A DNA stretch of 64,000 bases, from positions 35,855 to 99,854 of the forward strand of contig JAPLZK010000003.1 of NCBI GenBank assembly GCA_026395055.1, read 5' to 3'. Both the position numbers and the translations under genes were made by a program. The notes below the pieces were generated by a model. That model saw nothing but the letters and a program-made list of their open reading frames with translations. It did no database searches and was not told the origin of the DNA. The DNA is from Candidatus Uhrbacteria bacterium. Its GTDB lineage: Bacteria > Patescibacteriota > Patescibacteriia > UBA9934 > GWF2-40-263. This document shows, one piece after another, positions 1-11,870 of the stretch. Numbering within the stretch: position 1 is the first letter of the stretch; each line of letters begins with the position of its first letter.

Positions 1-27
1 GCTGAGGCAGCGAAGGCAGAATTCTTT

Positions 28-1707
28 GTGCAGTTTCCGGAATTGCATCCGGTCCTTTTGCAATTGCTTTATAACCGCGGAATCAAAACACAAGAAGAGA
101 TCGATGTTTTTTTGGGACCTGATTGGAGTCGCGACACTTGTCCGCCATCTACATTCAGGAATATGCCTGCGGCTGTTGCTCGCGTCTTCGATGCATTCTC
201 GAACGGCGAAGTGATTACGGTTCATGGGGATTATGACGCTGACGGTGTCTGTGGTTCAACAGTTCTTGTCTCAACCCTTCGAGATATTTCTCGCGCACTC
301 AACTTCGACGCAGCAAAGATCGATTACTACATTCCGCACCGTGAACTCGAAGGGTACGGCTTCTCGCTCGACACAGCCGAACACCTTCGAGAGAAGACGA
401 ATCTTATTATCACGGTCGATTGTGGAATCTCAAACAAACCTGCAATTGATCTTGCAAAGTCTTACGGTATCGACACGATCGTTTGTGATCACCACACCAT
501 GCCAAAAGAATTGCCCGAGACGGCGATCCTTATTCATCCACTTGTTCCTGGCGAAACGTTCCTGAATAAACATTTGTGCGGCACAGGAGTTGCATTCAAA
601 CTCGCGAGCGCACTCATTGACGAAGCTCGTGTTCGCGGTGCAGCATTTCCACCTGGTCATGAAAAGTGGCTTCTCGATTTGGTCGCGATCGCAACAGTTA
701 CCGATATGGTTCCGCTTGTTGGAGAAAATCGCGTCCTCGAGATCTTTGGCCTTCTTGTTCTTAACAAAACAAAACGTCCCGGACTTCGTGCGCTTATCGA
801 GATTGCGGGTGGAAAGATCGGCGAGCTTGATACGACTTCGATCGGATTTCAAATTGGTCCTCGACTGAACGCGGCAGGTCGCATGAAACATGCCTACGAT
901 GCACTCGAGCTCATGATCGAAGAGGATGAAACAGTTGCCATGGAAAAAGCGATGAAGCTTCAGGAGACCAATAAAGCGCGACAGGCTCGATCAGATGAAA
1001 TGTATAAAGAAGCAAAGAAGCAGCTGATCGAAACCCCGACGGGTTGCATTATTTTATTTCAAGATGGGTGGCAAGCCGGGCTTGTGGGGCTCGTGGCAGG
1101 AAAATTATTGAATGAGTATAATCTTCCAACGTTCGTGTTTGGAAAAGAAGGGGAGCATTATGTTGGATCTGGTCGGAGCACAGATCGTGTGGACTTGATG
1201 CCTGCATTGCATGCGGCATCAATACACTTAGAAAAATATGGTGGGCATCCTCAAGCGTGCGGGCTCTCGATGAAGGGTACGGAAGCATTTGAGGCTGCGA
1301 CAAAGATTATGCGTGACACGCTCGCGGCAAGCATGATGGAAGGTGATGCGGTCGCAACACTCGCAATCGATGCAGACATGCGCCTCGAAGATGTAAGTTG
1401 GGAACTCGTCGACGGGATTGAAAAATGCAAACCGTTTGGTATGGGAAATCCTCCGCCTGTGTTTGCTGCGCGAGGAGTGACCGTCGTTGGTCTTTCAACT
1501 GTTGGCGCTGACGGAAAACATTTACGTCTCACCATTCAATCCTTATCGGGGAAAATATTGAAGATGATCGGATTCTCATTTGGATTTCATATTGAGAAGC
1601 TTCGATTGAATGATGTGGTTGATGTGGCGTTTGAGGTGTCAATCAATGAATGGAATGGAAACAGAGAGCTACAGGGAAGAATTGTTGATTTAAAAACTAC
1701 GACGTAA
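28..1707 (+). CDS. recJ: Single-stranded-DNA-specific exonuclease RecJ (DHH/DHHA1)
   Basis: 559-aa ORF with DHH motifs 'HGDYDADGV', 'TVDCGIS', 'IVCDHHTMP' and a DHHA1-like C-terminal 'GGH'. GTG start at the window edge, so the N-terminus may lie upstream. Confidence 0.8.
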   Translation: MQFPELHPVLLQLLYNRGIKTQEEIDVFLGPDWSRDTCPPSTFRNMPAAVARVFDAFSNGEVITVHGDYDADGVCGSTVLVSTLRDISRALNFDAAKIDYYIPHRELEGYGFSLDTAEHLREKTNLIITVDCGISNKPAIDLAKSYGIDTIVCDHHTMPKELPETAILIHPLVPGETFLNKHLCGTGVAFKLASALIDEARVRGAAFPPGHEKWLLDLVAIATVTDMVPLVGENRVLEIFGLLVLNKTKRPGLRALIEIAGGKIGELDTTSIGFQIGPRLNAAGRMKHAYDALELMIEEDETVAMEKAMKLQETNKARQARSDEMYKEAKKQLIETPTGCIILFQDGWQAGLVGLVAGKLLNEYNLPTFVFGKEGEHYVGSGRSTDRVDLMPALHAASIHLEKYGGHPQACGLSMKGTEAFEAATKIMRDTLAASMMEGDAVATLAIDADMRLEDVSWELVDGIEKCKPFGMGNPPPVFAARGVTVVGLSTVGADGKHLRLTIQSLSGKILKMIGFSFGFHIEKLRLNDVVDVAFEVSINEWNGNRELQGRIVDLKTTT

Positions 1708-1713
1708 ACACGT

Positions 1714-2130
1714 ATGTCTAAACATTCTCATCTTAAAATCTTCACAGACGGTGGTTCTCGTGGAAATCCAGGTCCTGCTGCATCTGGTGCCGTTTTGTAT
1801 TCAGAGGACGGCGAGGTTGCTGCGACCGCCTCGAAATATCTTGGGAAAGATACAAATAACCAGGCGGAATACACCGCAATTGTGATTGGTCTTGAGAAAG
1901 CGTTGTCTCTTGGTGCGGAGACGATCGAGCTCTGTATGGACTCGGAACTCGCGGTGAAACAGTTGAAAGGGGAATATAAAGTGAAGAATCCAGAGATTGC
2001 GAAACGGTTTCTTGAGGTCAAGAATTTGATTGCACAATTTGAATACGTGAAAATTAAACATGTGCGTCGTGAGTTTAATAAAGCAGCAGATGCGCTTGTG
2101 AATAAAGTTCTCGACGAACGTCAGTCGTGA
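1714..2130 (+). CDS. Ribonuclease H (type 1, RNase HI-like)
   Basis: 138 aa with 'IFTDGGSRGNPGPAASG' and downstream conserved acidic residues (EYTAI, CMDSEL, NKAADAL) typical of the RNase H fold. Confidence 0.65.
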   Translation: MSKHSHLKIFTDGGSRGNPGPAASGAVLYSEDGEVAATASKYLGKDTNNQAEYTAIVIGLEKALSLGAETIELCMDSELAVKQLKGEYKVKNPEIAKRFLEVKNLIAQFEYVKIKHVRREFNKAADALVNKVLDERQS

Positions 2131-2145
2131 TATACTAGTCTCACT

Positions 2146-3246
2146 ATGAGCCTATTTGGATCTTCAAAACCAAAAACTTTTCTCGGGGTCGACATCGGCG
2201 GAAGCAGTATTAAAGTTGTCGAACTCGCAAATGAAAAAGGCCGCGCACGTCTCATGACGTACGGATATTTAGAGTTGCCACCACAAGATGGCGGTGATGG
2301 ATTGTTTGATCAACCAAAGAAAGCAGGGGAATTTCTTGCACGCGTTTGTAAAGAATCCGATGTGAAGGCAACACAAGCCATGACAGCGCTTCAGTCGTCG
2401 AATGTTTTCTCAACGATTTTGTCGTTGCCAAAGTCAAAAGATCCAAAGATGATCAAACCTTTAATTGATGCGGAGCTCGGAAAACTCGCACCACTTCCCG
2501 TGAATGAAATGATTACCTACTCAACCATGATTGACGGAGAAGCAAAGGCGGATAAGGGTGAGGTGAAAACAAAAGAAATGAAGGAAGATGAAAAAGAAAA
2601 AAGTAAATACACACGCGTGCTCGTGACAGGAGCAGCAAAGACGCTCGTTTCCAAATATATTGAAATTTTTAAAACGGCTAAGTTAAATTTACAAGCCATT
2701 GATACAGAATCTTTTGCGTTGATCAGAGCATTGATTGGCAAAGACAAAGGTGCCATCATGATTCTTGACCTCGGTTCAAAGCGCACGAACTTGTTTATCG
2801 TCGAGAAAGGAATCCCATTTGTGTCAAGGAGCATCAACCTTGGTGGCGACTCGGTCACAAAGCGCATGGTAGAGCAAATGAAACTTTCGGAAGGCGATGC
2901 GGAACGTGCAAAGCGTGATCTTGGAATTGCGGGAGGAAGTGGATCATTGCCAAAGATTCTTGAGCCAATCATGCAGCCAATCGTGAACGAGATTAAGTTT
3001 GCGTTCCAATTGTATGCGAACATGGAACTTACGGAGTTAAAGCGTGTCGAAAAAATTATTTTGACCGGCGGATCATCTCACCTTGCGCACGTACCTGAAT
3101 ATCTTTCGGAAACATTGAACATGAACGTCTACCGCGGTGACCCGTGGGCTCGCGTTGTGTATCCAAAGGATCTTGCCGTTGTTTTGGAAGAGATTGGGCC
3201 AAGAATGGCCGTGGCTGTCGGACTCGCTATGCGCGAAATGGATTAA
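2146..3246 (+). CDS. pilM: Type IV pilus assembly ATPase-like protein PilM (actin-like/FtsA fold)
   Basis: 366 aa. N-terminal 'LGVDIGGSSIKVVEL' actin-fold phosphate-1 motif and overall FtsA/PilM-like layout. Confidence 0.7.
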   Translation: MSLFGSSKPKTFLGVDIGGSSIKVVELANEKGRARLMTYGYLELPPQDGGDGLFDQPKKAGEFLARVCKESDVKATQAMTALQSSNVFSTILSLPKSKDPKMIKPLIDAELGKLAPLPVNEMITYSTMIDGEAKADKGEVKTKEMKEDEKEKSKYTRVLVTGAAKTLVSKYIEIFKTAKLNLQAIDTESFALIRALIGKDKGAIMILDLGSKRTNLFIVEKGIPFVSRSINLGGDSVTKRMVEQMKLSEGDAERAKRDLGIAGGSGSLPKILEPIMQPIVNEIKFAFQLYANMELTELKRVEKIILTGGSSHLAHVPEYLSETLNMNVYRGDPWARVVYPKDLAVVLEEIGPRMAVAVGLAMREMD

Positions 3247-3247
3247 T

Positions 3248-3622
3248 ATGCCTCCAAAAAAGAAACCCTCACTTTTGATCATTGACCCTGATACGCATCT
3301 GGCAGATATTTTGTCGAAACGATTTATGAAAGATGGTTGGACCGTCAGATCCGCAAAGACGGTTGAACAAGCTGAGAAACTTCTTGGTCGTAAACCGTCT
3401 GATGTCGTGCTTGTTGATCCCTCGAAAGAGCTGCAACCAGACGAAGTGCTCATAAAACTCGTGGATAAAACAGCTGCGGGAGCTCGCACACTTGTTCTTC
3501 ATACAGCAGACTTCACGCGAAAATCGATTGCCGCATGGAAGCGCATAGAGGGAAGTGCTATGATTCAGAAAGGAGAGCACTCCATTGCAGAGTTTGTAAA
3601 ACGCATCAAAAAACTGAAATAA
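3248..3622 (+). CDS. Receiver (REC)-like domain protein, probably a pseudo-receiver
   Basis: ATG at 3248 immediately after the pilM stop. 'LLIIDPD…VVLVDP' β-strands as in CheY-like proteins. The longer ORF from 3137 overlaps pilM and is rejected. Confidence 0.5.
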   Translation: MPPKKKPSLLIIDPDTHLADILSKRFMKDGWTVRSAKTVEQAEKLLGRKPSDVVLVDPSKELQPDEVLIKLVDKTAAGARTLVLHTADFTRKSIAAWKRIEGSAMIQKGEHSIAEFVKRIKKLK

Positions 3623-3626
3623 TCTT

Positions 3627-4127
3627 ATGGACCCTCAACCAAAAGTTTCCCTCGTTGAAATTCTCGTAATCGTCGCCATCGTCGCGCTTGTTGGGACACT
3701 TGCTGCTGTTGCAGTAAGTGCAGCGCGTTCAAAAGAACGAGACGCAACACGATTATCCAATGTTCGACAAGTCCAATCTGCCTTGGAAGATTATTTTAAT
3801 GAGAATAATGCGTATCCAGAAGGAGACAAGCTTCCGCTCGGAGACTCTGCACAGAGCGCGTGTTTGGGAATTACAGGCTTCCATGCAGATTGTTCCACGG
3901 AGACGGCTACCATTATGCGTAGCGTTCCTCGCGTGTATGAATCAGGTCTTCCAGGAAAGGTCACGTGCGGAAATCCTGCACGAAAAGCATTTTGTTATTC
4001 CGTGTTGAATCAAGGAGACGCATACGCCATTCAGTTCGAATTGGAAAACAGTTTGCCTGGAGCGGGACTCCAAAAAGGTGTGAACTGTGCGGTGCCAGGA
4101 AAAATGGCTGCAGGAGCGTGTCAGTAA
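3627..4127 (+). CDS. Pilin-like protein (N-terminal hydrophobic helix with Glu; non-canonical prepilin signal)
   Basis: 'KVSLVEILVIVAIVALVGTLAAVAV' resembles the type IV pilin N-terminal helix with Glu at +5. C-terminal Cys pairs. Adjacent to pilM. Confidence 0.45.
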   Translation: MDPQPKVSLVEILVIVAIVALVGTLAAVAVSAARSKERDATRLSNVRQVQSALEDYFNENNAYPEGDKLPLGDSAQSACLGITGFHADCSTETATIMRSVPRVYESGLPGKVTCGNPARKAFCYSVLNQGDAYAIQFELENSLPGAGLQKGVNCAVPGKMAAGACQ

Positions 4128-4137
4128 AGAGGGAATC

Positions 4138-4166
4138 GTTGACATCGTTTAGAAAATCGCGTATAA
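4138..4166 (+). promoter_or_regulatory. Sigma-70-like promoter TTGACA-N17-TATAAC, followed by operator-like palindrome CAATCAC-G-GTGATTG (4176–4190)
   Basis: Near-consensus −35/−10 read directly. The palindrome plus T-run lies between the promoter and the HTH gene. Confidence 0.5.
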
Positions 4167-4228
4167 CCACAAAGTCAATCACGGTGATTGGCTTTTTGAT
4201 TTATCTTCGTAGAAGGAAAAGACACAAG

Positions 4229-4501
4229 ATGCAGACGCGTCGACTCGATGGCGAATTGCTGACCGCGGCCCTCACTGCTCGCAAGTGGACCGATAAAGAT
4301 CTGGTCCGAGAGCTCAAGGCCAAAGGATACGAATTGGACGGTGCACACATTGTGCAGAAGTGGCGCAAGGGCAAGAATCAGCCCAGCTCGGAACGCATCG
4401 ATCTGATCGAAGCAACCCTTGGTTACACGATCTCGACTTGGTCGACTCCGCGCCGCAGCCACGACGATCCCATCCCGGCCTCTCAGATCGCTTTTGCCTG
4501 A
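4229..4501 (+). CDS. Small XRE-like helix-turn-helix DNA-binding protein (in a GC-rich patch)
   Basis: 90 aa. 'LTAALTARKWTDKDLVRELKAKGYELDGAHIVQKWRKGKNQPSSERIDLIEATLG' fits an XRE-type HTH. RBS AAGGAAAAG. Local GC clearly above the flanks. Confidence 0.55.
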   Translation: MQTRRLDGELLTAALTARKWTDKDLVRELKAKGYELDGAHIVQKWRKGKNQPSSERIDLIEATLGYTISTWSTPRRSHDDPIPASQIAFA

Positions 4502-4520
4502 TCCTTCTTTCCCTGACCTG

Positions 4521-6567
<2,047 letters not shown>

Positions 6568-6578
6568 AGAATTCCCCT

Positions 6579-6875
6579 ATGTTCACTACCGAAGACGTTA
6601 AAAAAATCGCCAAACTTTCCAGATTGTATATCTCGGAAGCAGAAACAGAACAGTACCGAGAACAACTCGGTTCCATTTTGGAGTATGTAGATCAATTACA
6701 AGCCATTGATACAACGGGTGTGGCGGAATTGCAGCATGCTGTGGCCGTAGAAAATGTCTTCCGAGCAGATGAACCTTCCTGCAATCCAGAAGAACGCCGT
6801 CGTGCAATCGAGATGTTCTCTGCAAAGAAAGGAGACCTTCTTGAAGTACAAGCGGTTTTTTCTAAAGATGTCTAA
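6579..6875 (+). CDS. gatC: Glu/Asp-tRNA amidotransferase subunit C
   Basis: 98-aa protein immediately upstream of gatA. GatC-like 'KLSRLYISEAE…YVDQLQAIDTTGV'. Confidence 0.8.
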   Translation: MFTTEDVKKIAKLSRLYISEAETEQYREQLGSILEYVDQLQAIDTTGVAELQHAVAVENVFRADEPSCNPEERRRAIEMFSAKKGDLLEVQAVFSKDV

Positions 6876-6877
6876 GT

Positions 6878-8290
6878 ATGAAAACCATTCGCGCATTATC
6901 AGAAGAATTAAAAAACGGAACACTCACCAGTGAAGAACTCGTGCGTGCTTGTTTAAAAAAAATCGAAGACGAAAATGAATCGCTGAACGCATTTATTTGG
7001 GTTTCACCCACGGCGATTGATGAAGCGAAAGCAATTGATGTGCGTCGAGAAGCAGGCGAAGATCTTGGTGTTCTTGCAGGAATCCCAATCGCGGTGAAAG
7101 ATAATATTCTTGTTCAAGGTTGGGAAATCACAGCAGGATCACAAATTCTTGAAAACCATGTGGCTGCGTATAGTGCGACCGTGATTAAGAGACTCAAGAA
7201 TGCAGGAGCGATTCTTATTGGTCGCACAAACATGGACGAGTTCGCCATGGGATCTTCCACAGAGACGTCACATTATGGTCCAACAAAAAATCCACACGAC
7301 AAAACAAAAGTTCCCGGTGGATCAAGTGGTGGATCCGCGGTTGCCGTTGCGGCAGGATTCGTTCCGTGCGCCCTTGGATCAGACACGGGCGGCTCTGTTC
7401 GCCAGCCTGCATCTCTTTGTGGTGTTGTTGGATTAAAACCAACTTACGGACGTGTCTCACGCTATGGACTCATCCCAATGGCTTCATCTTTGGATCAGAT
7501 TGGACCATTTACGCTTACAGTTGATGACGCGGCGCTTGTGATGGAGATTATGGAAGGGAAAGATGAAAATGACGCAACATCCATTGAACTGTCCTCAACA
7601 ACCGCACCAGAACTTATTGAACCAGATGTAAAAGGATTACGCATCGGATTGCCAAAGGAATATTTTGTAGAAGGAATGGATGAAGAAATTCGCGCGCGCA
7701 TTATGGAGGCCGTGAAAAAGTTTGAGACAGCTGGTGCGATTGTGAAAGAAGTTTCTTTGCCACACGCAAAATATGCGCTTGCTGCATATTATATCGTGGC
7801 ACCATCCGAGATCACTTCGAATTTGGGACGTTTCGATGGACTGCGTTACGGATACCATTCACAAGGCAACGATTTACTCGACACGTATGAGCGAACGCGT
7901 GGTGAAGGTTTTGGTCGTGAAGTAAAACGCCGCATCATGCTCGGTTCGTACACGCTTTCCGCGGGGTATTATGATGCCTATTACAAAAAAGCGCTTCAGG
8001 TGAGAACACTCATCAAACAAGATTTTGATGAAGTCTTGAAAGAAGTGGATGTCATCCTCACACCAACGAGTCTGTCCGTCGGCTGGGACCTCGGGGCAAA
8101 GTTTGATGATCCTTTGACCATGTATCTTTCCGATATTTATACCATCACCGCAAACCTCGCAGCGATTCCAGCAATCTCGATTCCATGCGGAACGGCTCAT
8201 GGCTTACCTGTCGGACTTCAGCTTATGGGCAAAGCGTTTGATGAGCACATGTTGTATCGCGCAGGAATGTGGTTTGAGAAAAATACATGA
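6878..8290 (+). CDS. gatA: Glu/Asp-tRNA amidotransferase subunit A (amidase signature family)
   Basis: Amidase signature 'GGSSGGSAVAVAAG', catalytic Ser context, 470 aa. Confidence 0.9.
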   Translation: MKTIRALSEELKNGTLTSEELVRACLKKIEDENESLNAFIWVSPTAIDEAKAIDVRREAGEDLGVLAGIPIAVKDNILVQGWEITAGSQILENHVAAYSATVIKRLKNAGAILIGRTNMDEFAMGSSTETSHYGPTKNPHDKTKVPGGSSGGSAVAVAAGFVPCALGSDTGGSVRQPASLCGVVGLKPTYGRVSRYGLIPMASSLDQIGPFTLTVDDAALVMEIMEGKDENDATSIELSSTTAPELIEPDVKGLRIGLPKEYFVEGMDEEIRARIMEAVKKFETAGAIVKEVSLPHAKYALAAYYIVAPSEITSNLGRFDGLRYGYHSQGNDLLDTYERTRGEGFGREVKRRIMLGSYTLSAGYYDAYYKKALQVRTLIKQDFDEVLKEVDVILTPTSLSVGWDLGAKFDDPLTMYLSDIYTITANLAAIPAISIPCGTAHGLPVGLQLMGKAFDEHMLYRAGMWFEKNT

Positions 8291-9021
8291 TCCCTTGGTT
8301 TCAATTTACACAAATCCATTTTGGAATCATCACCGTTCAAGTCTGGGGCCTCTTGGTTGCGCTCGGTATTTTTTGCGCGACCTGGGTGGCATCTAAAAAA
8401 GCAGCACGCGAAGGATTAGATCCCAATATTGTTTGGGATTTTGCGTTTTGGGTAATGATCTCGGCATTCATTGGCGCACGCCTTTTCGAAGTTGTTTATA
8501 ATCCAGCGTTGTATCTCGCACACCCACTCGAGCTTTTAACTGTCTGGCAGGGTGGGTTCTCAGAAATGGGAGGATTCATTGGAGCGATTCTTGCGCTCGT
8601 TTATTATCTTCGATCAAAAAAGTTGGATGCGTGGAAGTATGCGGGCTGCGTTGCCTATGCATTGCCGCTCGGATTCGGGATTGGTCGCATCGGTTGTTTT
8701 CTCATTCACGATCATCCAGGAACGCTCACGCACTTTATTCTCGGTGTGAAATATCCAGATGGGATTCGACACGATCATGGATTGTATTTGTCGATCGAAG
8801 GCTTTCTGATCTTTCTTTTATTCGTTCTTCTCGATCGGAAACACGCAAAGCCGCAAACGTTCGTCATTACTTTTCTCATTTTTCACGGAATCATTCGGTT
8901 CTTTTTAGATTTTCTTCGTGTGATTGATATTCGGTATTTTTTTCTTACGCCCGCCCAGTACATATCGATTGCCATGATTTTTGCAGGAGGGACACTCTTG
9001 TTTCCGAAACGCCATCATTGA
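8287..9021 (+). CDS. lgt: Prolipoprotein diacylglyceryl transferase
   Basis: Polytopic membrane protein with Lgt-like motifs 'WQGGFSEMGGFIG', 'GRIGCF', 'HDHGLY', 'IRFFLDFLR'. Confidence 0.7.
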   Translation: MIPWFQFTQIHFGIITVQVWGLLVALGIFCATWVASKKAAREGLDPNIVWDFAFWVMISAFIGARLFEVVYNPALYLAHPLELLTVWQGGFSEMGGFIGAILALVYYLRSKKLDAWKYAGCVAYALPLGFGIGRIGCFLIHDHPGTLTHFILGVKYPDGIRHDHGLYLSIEGFLIFLLFVLLDRKHAKPQTFVITFLIFHGIIRFFLDFLRVIDIRYFFLTPAQYISIAMIFAGGTLLFPKRHH

Positions 9022-9097
9022 CATGGCGTTTTCTTTTTGATATCTTGCGCAAACTCATAGTGAGTGAGAGTGTTGTTCTTTCTTCCACGAGGTTATC

Positions 9098-9673
9098 ATG
9101 CGCGAAAATAGCGTTGCAGTCGTTCTCCTTTGCGGTCCGCGTAGTCCTACGGGGCATACGTCCACCATTCGTGTGTTTCGCGCGATCGAACTTGCGAAGT
9201 CGCTTCGCACCAAGCTCTTCATCGTCGGCGACGCCTACAATGGGGAAGATGTGCGGCATTTTGCAAGCATGGCGCGTGAACATGGTCTTCCGGACAACCT
9301 GCGGGTTGGGCGGCAGGTTATCAATCACGTCGTTCCGGTTTTGAACGTATCCGCAGACGCGAATACGCAGACGAATGCGGAAGCGGTCGCGCACGTCATT
9401 GCGAAATCTACCATTCGGGAAGTGTATCTTGTCACGGAGGAGTATCACATGCTGCGTGCAGCACTGCTGCTCCAGCGTGCACTCAAAGCGGCGTGTACGC
9501 ATCCGCCGACCGTGATCGAACAACCCGTCATCTCTGCAACTCCTACAGCTGCGGAAATTCTGACACGTGAGAATGTCTTGCGCACCGAGCTTGGCATTCA
9601 TGCGCAGATCGTGATTCCCAAAGAATCGAACGCGCTCTTGTCGAAATTGTCCGGCAGCGTCCCGGCCTCGTAA
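9098..9673 (+). CDS. YdcF/SanA-like DUF218 family protein (GC-rich patch)
   Basis: 'VVLLCG', 'LFIVGDAYNGE', 'VYLVTEEYHMLRA' resemble the DUF218 fold. GC far above the neighbouring lgt. Confidence 0.45.
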   Translation: MRENSVAVVLLCGPRSPTGHTSTIRVFRAIELAKSLRTKLFIVGDAYNGEDVRHFASMAREHGLPDNLRVGRQVINHVVPVLNVSADANTQTNAEAVAHVIAKSTIREVYLVTEEYHMLRAALLLQRALKAACTHPPTVIEQPVISATPTAAEILTRENVLRTELGIHAQIVIPKESNALLSKLSGSVPAS

Positions 9674-9677
9674 ACTC

Positions 9678-9704
9678 AAAAGCACCCATTAGGTGCTTTT
9701 TTTC
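9678..9704. terminator. Bidirectional intrinsic terminator (agcaccc atta ggtgct, A-run/T-run flanks)
   Basis: Hairpin flanked by AAAA upstream and TTTTTTT downstream. Serves convergent genes. Confidence 0.65.
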
Positions 9705-9705
9705 T

Positions 9706-10125
9706 TTATCCCCATAATCCTTTTTTCTTTTCTTCCTTTTTGGGTGTGACCGTTTGTGTTGGCTGTAATTCTGTTTGTTTCCAATGATTCACCCACGCCA
9801 CAATGTATTTCATTTCTTGTTCCACAAGAGGGCCTTCATATTCGCCACCATGTGCGCTTGTGCCTTCATGACTCGCTCCTTTTTGATCTAGGTGAAGATT
9901 GACTTGCAGTCCGCCGTCTTTGTCTTCTACGTACGCGTGGTACCGAGGGAAGTCTCCGCTTGAGGTGCGTTTAATAAATGCGGTTTGGCCAGAAAATTTA
10001 TTTTGTTCGCCATACCCAAGTTTGCGCAACAAGTTACGTGCGTTATCGGTAAGGGGACCTGGAATAAACGTTTTCATACAAACAGTAGGGTAGCGTATTT
10101 TTGGAAAAGAAAAAAGCGACCTCAT
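9706..10125 (-). CDS. Hypothetical protein
   Basis: 139-aa ORF. Probable start at MKTF. No recognisable motif. Confidence 0.35.
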   Translation of the reverse strand: MRSLFSFPKIRYPTVCMKTFIPGPLTDNARNLLRKLGYGEQNKFSGQTAFIKRTSSGDFPRYHAYVEDKDGGLQVNLHLDQKGASHEGTSAHGGEYEGPLVEQEMKYIVAWVNHWKQTELQPTQTVTPKKEEKKKGLWG

Positions 10126-10472
10126 TGAGGTCGCGTAGGAAAGGGGGAGTCATCTGCGCAATTTGTGTATCTGAGGGAGAAGAGAATGTTGCTATCGATG
10201 CAGATATTGAATCCGCGACCGTTCGTGTTCGTGCACTGAATGATCGAGTCAGAGAACACGTTTCGTTCCAGTTGCTGCGTGGTCACGATGGACGGATCCA
10301 ACTCTTTGATTCTGCGCTGAACGAAGTCTGTGTTATACCAGCAGTTCGCCATACACGTCGTGGCGATAACGGCTCCGCAGAGAACAACGACCAGGGCAAT
10401 GGGGCTCTCGATGAGAAGACTAAAGATCCCCTCAAGAATGTCTCCCAGAATTTCACCTGCAGCTTCTGTCAT
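10122..10472 (-). CDS. Hypothetical small protein (one hydrophobic segment)
   Basis: 116-aa ORF. Weak support. Confidence 0.25.
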   Translation of the reverse strand: MTEAAGEILGDILEGIFSLLIESPIALVVVLCGAVIATTCMANCWYNTDFVQRRIKELDPSIVTTQQLERNVFSDSIIQCTNTNGRGFNICIDSNILFSLRYTNCADDSPFPTRPQ

Positions 10473-10497
10473 GATTCTGTCTCCTGATGTTGAAAGG

Positions 10498-11307
10498 TTA
10501 AGGTTGTTCCAGAACGGTTTGGATGAACTCCTCGCGATGCGCTTTTTTCCAAGATCGTTTCACACGTGTCCGTTTTTTTGGACCAGAGGTGATATCGATG
10601 ATGTTGAGCACTTCACAGATTTTGTTCGGCACGTTTTGACGTGTTGTGTAGACCGTGCATCCAGCGAGAACCATCTGTTGCTGGTGCAGATGTTTGAGAG
10701 CGATCGCGATGATGGGTTTGTGAAACCCGCGTCGTATGCGTTCGATGAACGAAATTGCCTGAAGCGTTTTTCCGTCTTCGAATGGTGCGACGGCGATTGT
10801 GTCGAATCTGGGTTTTTCCGCCATGATTTTCTCTGCATGCAAGATGCTTGGAGCGTGCATGACGTAAAACGATTCACCCAATTCCGTTTTCCATTGGTTC
10901 AACAAGGATTCATCATTGCTTACAATCAACACGCGGTATTGGTTGGGCGATGAATTTCCGTTGAATACTTCAAAGAGTTTCTTTGGGACGTTATAGCGTG
11001 TGGTGTACGCGCTGCAGCCTGCGAGAAGCATTTGTTGCTGCTGCTCGTGTTTCGCCGCAATCGCGATGATGGGTTTGTGGTACGTGCGGCGAAGTTTCTG
11101 GATGAACGCAATGGCATGGAATGTGTTTCCGTCTTCGAATGGTTCGATGACAATGGCGGCGAACGCAGGAGTTTCTGCAATGAGTTCCTCTGCATCCGGA
11201 ATGCTGTGGACGCTTGTGATGTGGAACTTCTCTTTGAGTTCCGTGATCCATTTGCTGAGCAAGGAATCGTCTTCATTCACAATCAAGATACGGCGTAGGC
11301 GTGGCAT
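10498..11307 (-). CDS. Tandem pseudo-receiver (two REC-like domains lacking the phospho-acceptor Asp)
   Basis: Two about 130-aa repeats ('ILIVNEDDSLL…AAIVIEPFEDG…KPIIAIAAKH' and 'VLIVSNDESLL…TIAVAPFEDG…KPIIAIALKH'). Start chosen at MPRLRR. The DNA-level internal duplication is also visible. Confidence 0.6.
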   Translation of the reverse strand: MPRLRRILIVNEDDSLLSKWITELKEKFHITSVHSIPDAEELIAETPAFAAIVIEPFEDGNTFHAIAFIQKLRRTYHKPIIAIAAKHEQQQQMLLAGCSAYTTRYNVPKKLFEVFNGNSSPNQYRVLIVSNDESLLNQWKTELGESFYVMHAPSILHAEKIMAEKPRFDTIAVAPFEDGKTLQAISFIERIRRGFHKPIIAIALKHLHQQQMVLAGCTVYTTRQNVPNKICEVLNIIDITSGPKKRTRVKRSWKKAHREEFIQTVLEQP

Positions 11308-11375
11308 GACATTCTCCAAGGAAATGCGAGAAAACAATACCAGATTTTGGCTGTTTGTCAAGATGAAAAACGCGC

Positions 11376-11870
11376 TCACACCGAATGGTGACGAGCGCGA
11401 CGAGAAGGTCGAAGATGTGGAAGTCTGAGAAAGATGTGTGTTTGAGAGGCGAGATCTTGATCGAGCGGAATGAGGAGATCAAGGACGCGTGCCGCGTCTG
11501 GAGAAAAAAATAGTTGCTGCAGTTCACGAATCCACTTTGAGCGGATAGGTCCAAAGACCAGAAGATACAGCACCAACGCGCTAGATCCGTAGCAGACACT
11601 CGCAAAGACGATTTGCGAGAGGATGAGCGGCAGGATCGCGTTTGGTTGAATCTGATTCAGGGCTGGAGAAAGAAGGAGCGGAATCGCAAGGAAGGGGAGC
11701 GCGGCCGCGAACGGCAATTTTTTGGAAAGCCGAATGTAATCGACAAGGGTGTAGATGCGATACGCGATCGTACGATCTTGCTCCTTGAGTTGATCGATCC
11801 AGTCAAAGAGAGCTAGCTTGCGCAGAACAAATCGACGCATGAATGTCTCATTGAGCAACCGTGAGCTCAA
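11376..11870 (-). CDS. Hypothetical membrane protein
   Basis: 164 aa with several hydrophobic helices. Confidence 0.35.
   Translation of the reverse strand: MSSRLLNETFMRRFVLRKLALFDWIDQLKEQDRTIAYRIYTLVDYIRLSKKLPFAAALPFLAIPLLLSPALNQIQPNAILPLILSQIVFASVCYGSSALVLYLLVFGPIRSKWIRELQQLFFSPDAARVLDLLIPLDQDLASQTHIFLRLPHLRPSRRARHHSV

Noticed and set aside
3137-3622. Longer 161-aa version of the REC-like ORF starting inside pilM
   Set aside because: It overlaps the last 110 nt of pilM in another frame. An ATG at 3248 directly follows the pilM stop and begins the conserved receiver β1 strand.
3965-4501. 178-aa ORF spanning the pilin 3' end through the HTH gene
   Set aside because: The N-terminal two-thirds overlaps the pilin-like gene and crosses a consensus promoter and operator palindrome. 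Only the last 90 codons (from ATG 4229, with RBS) look genuine.
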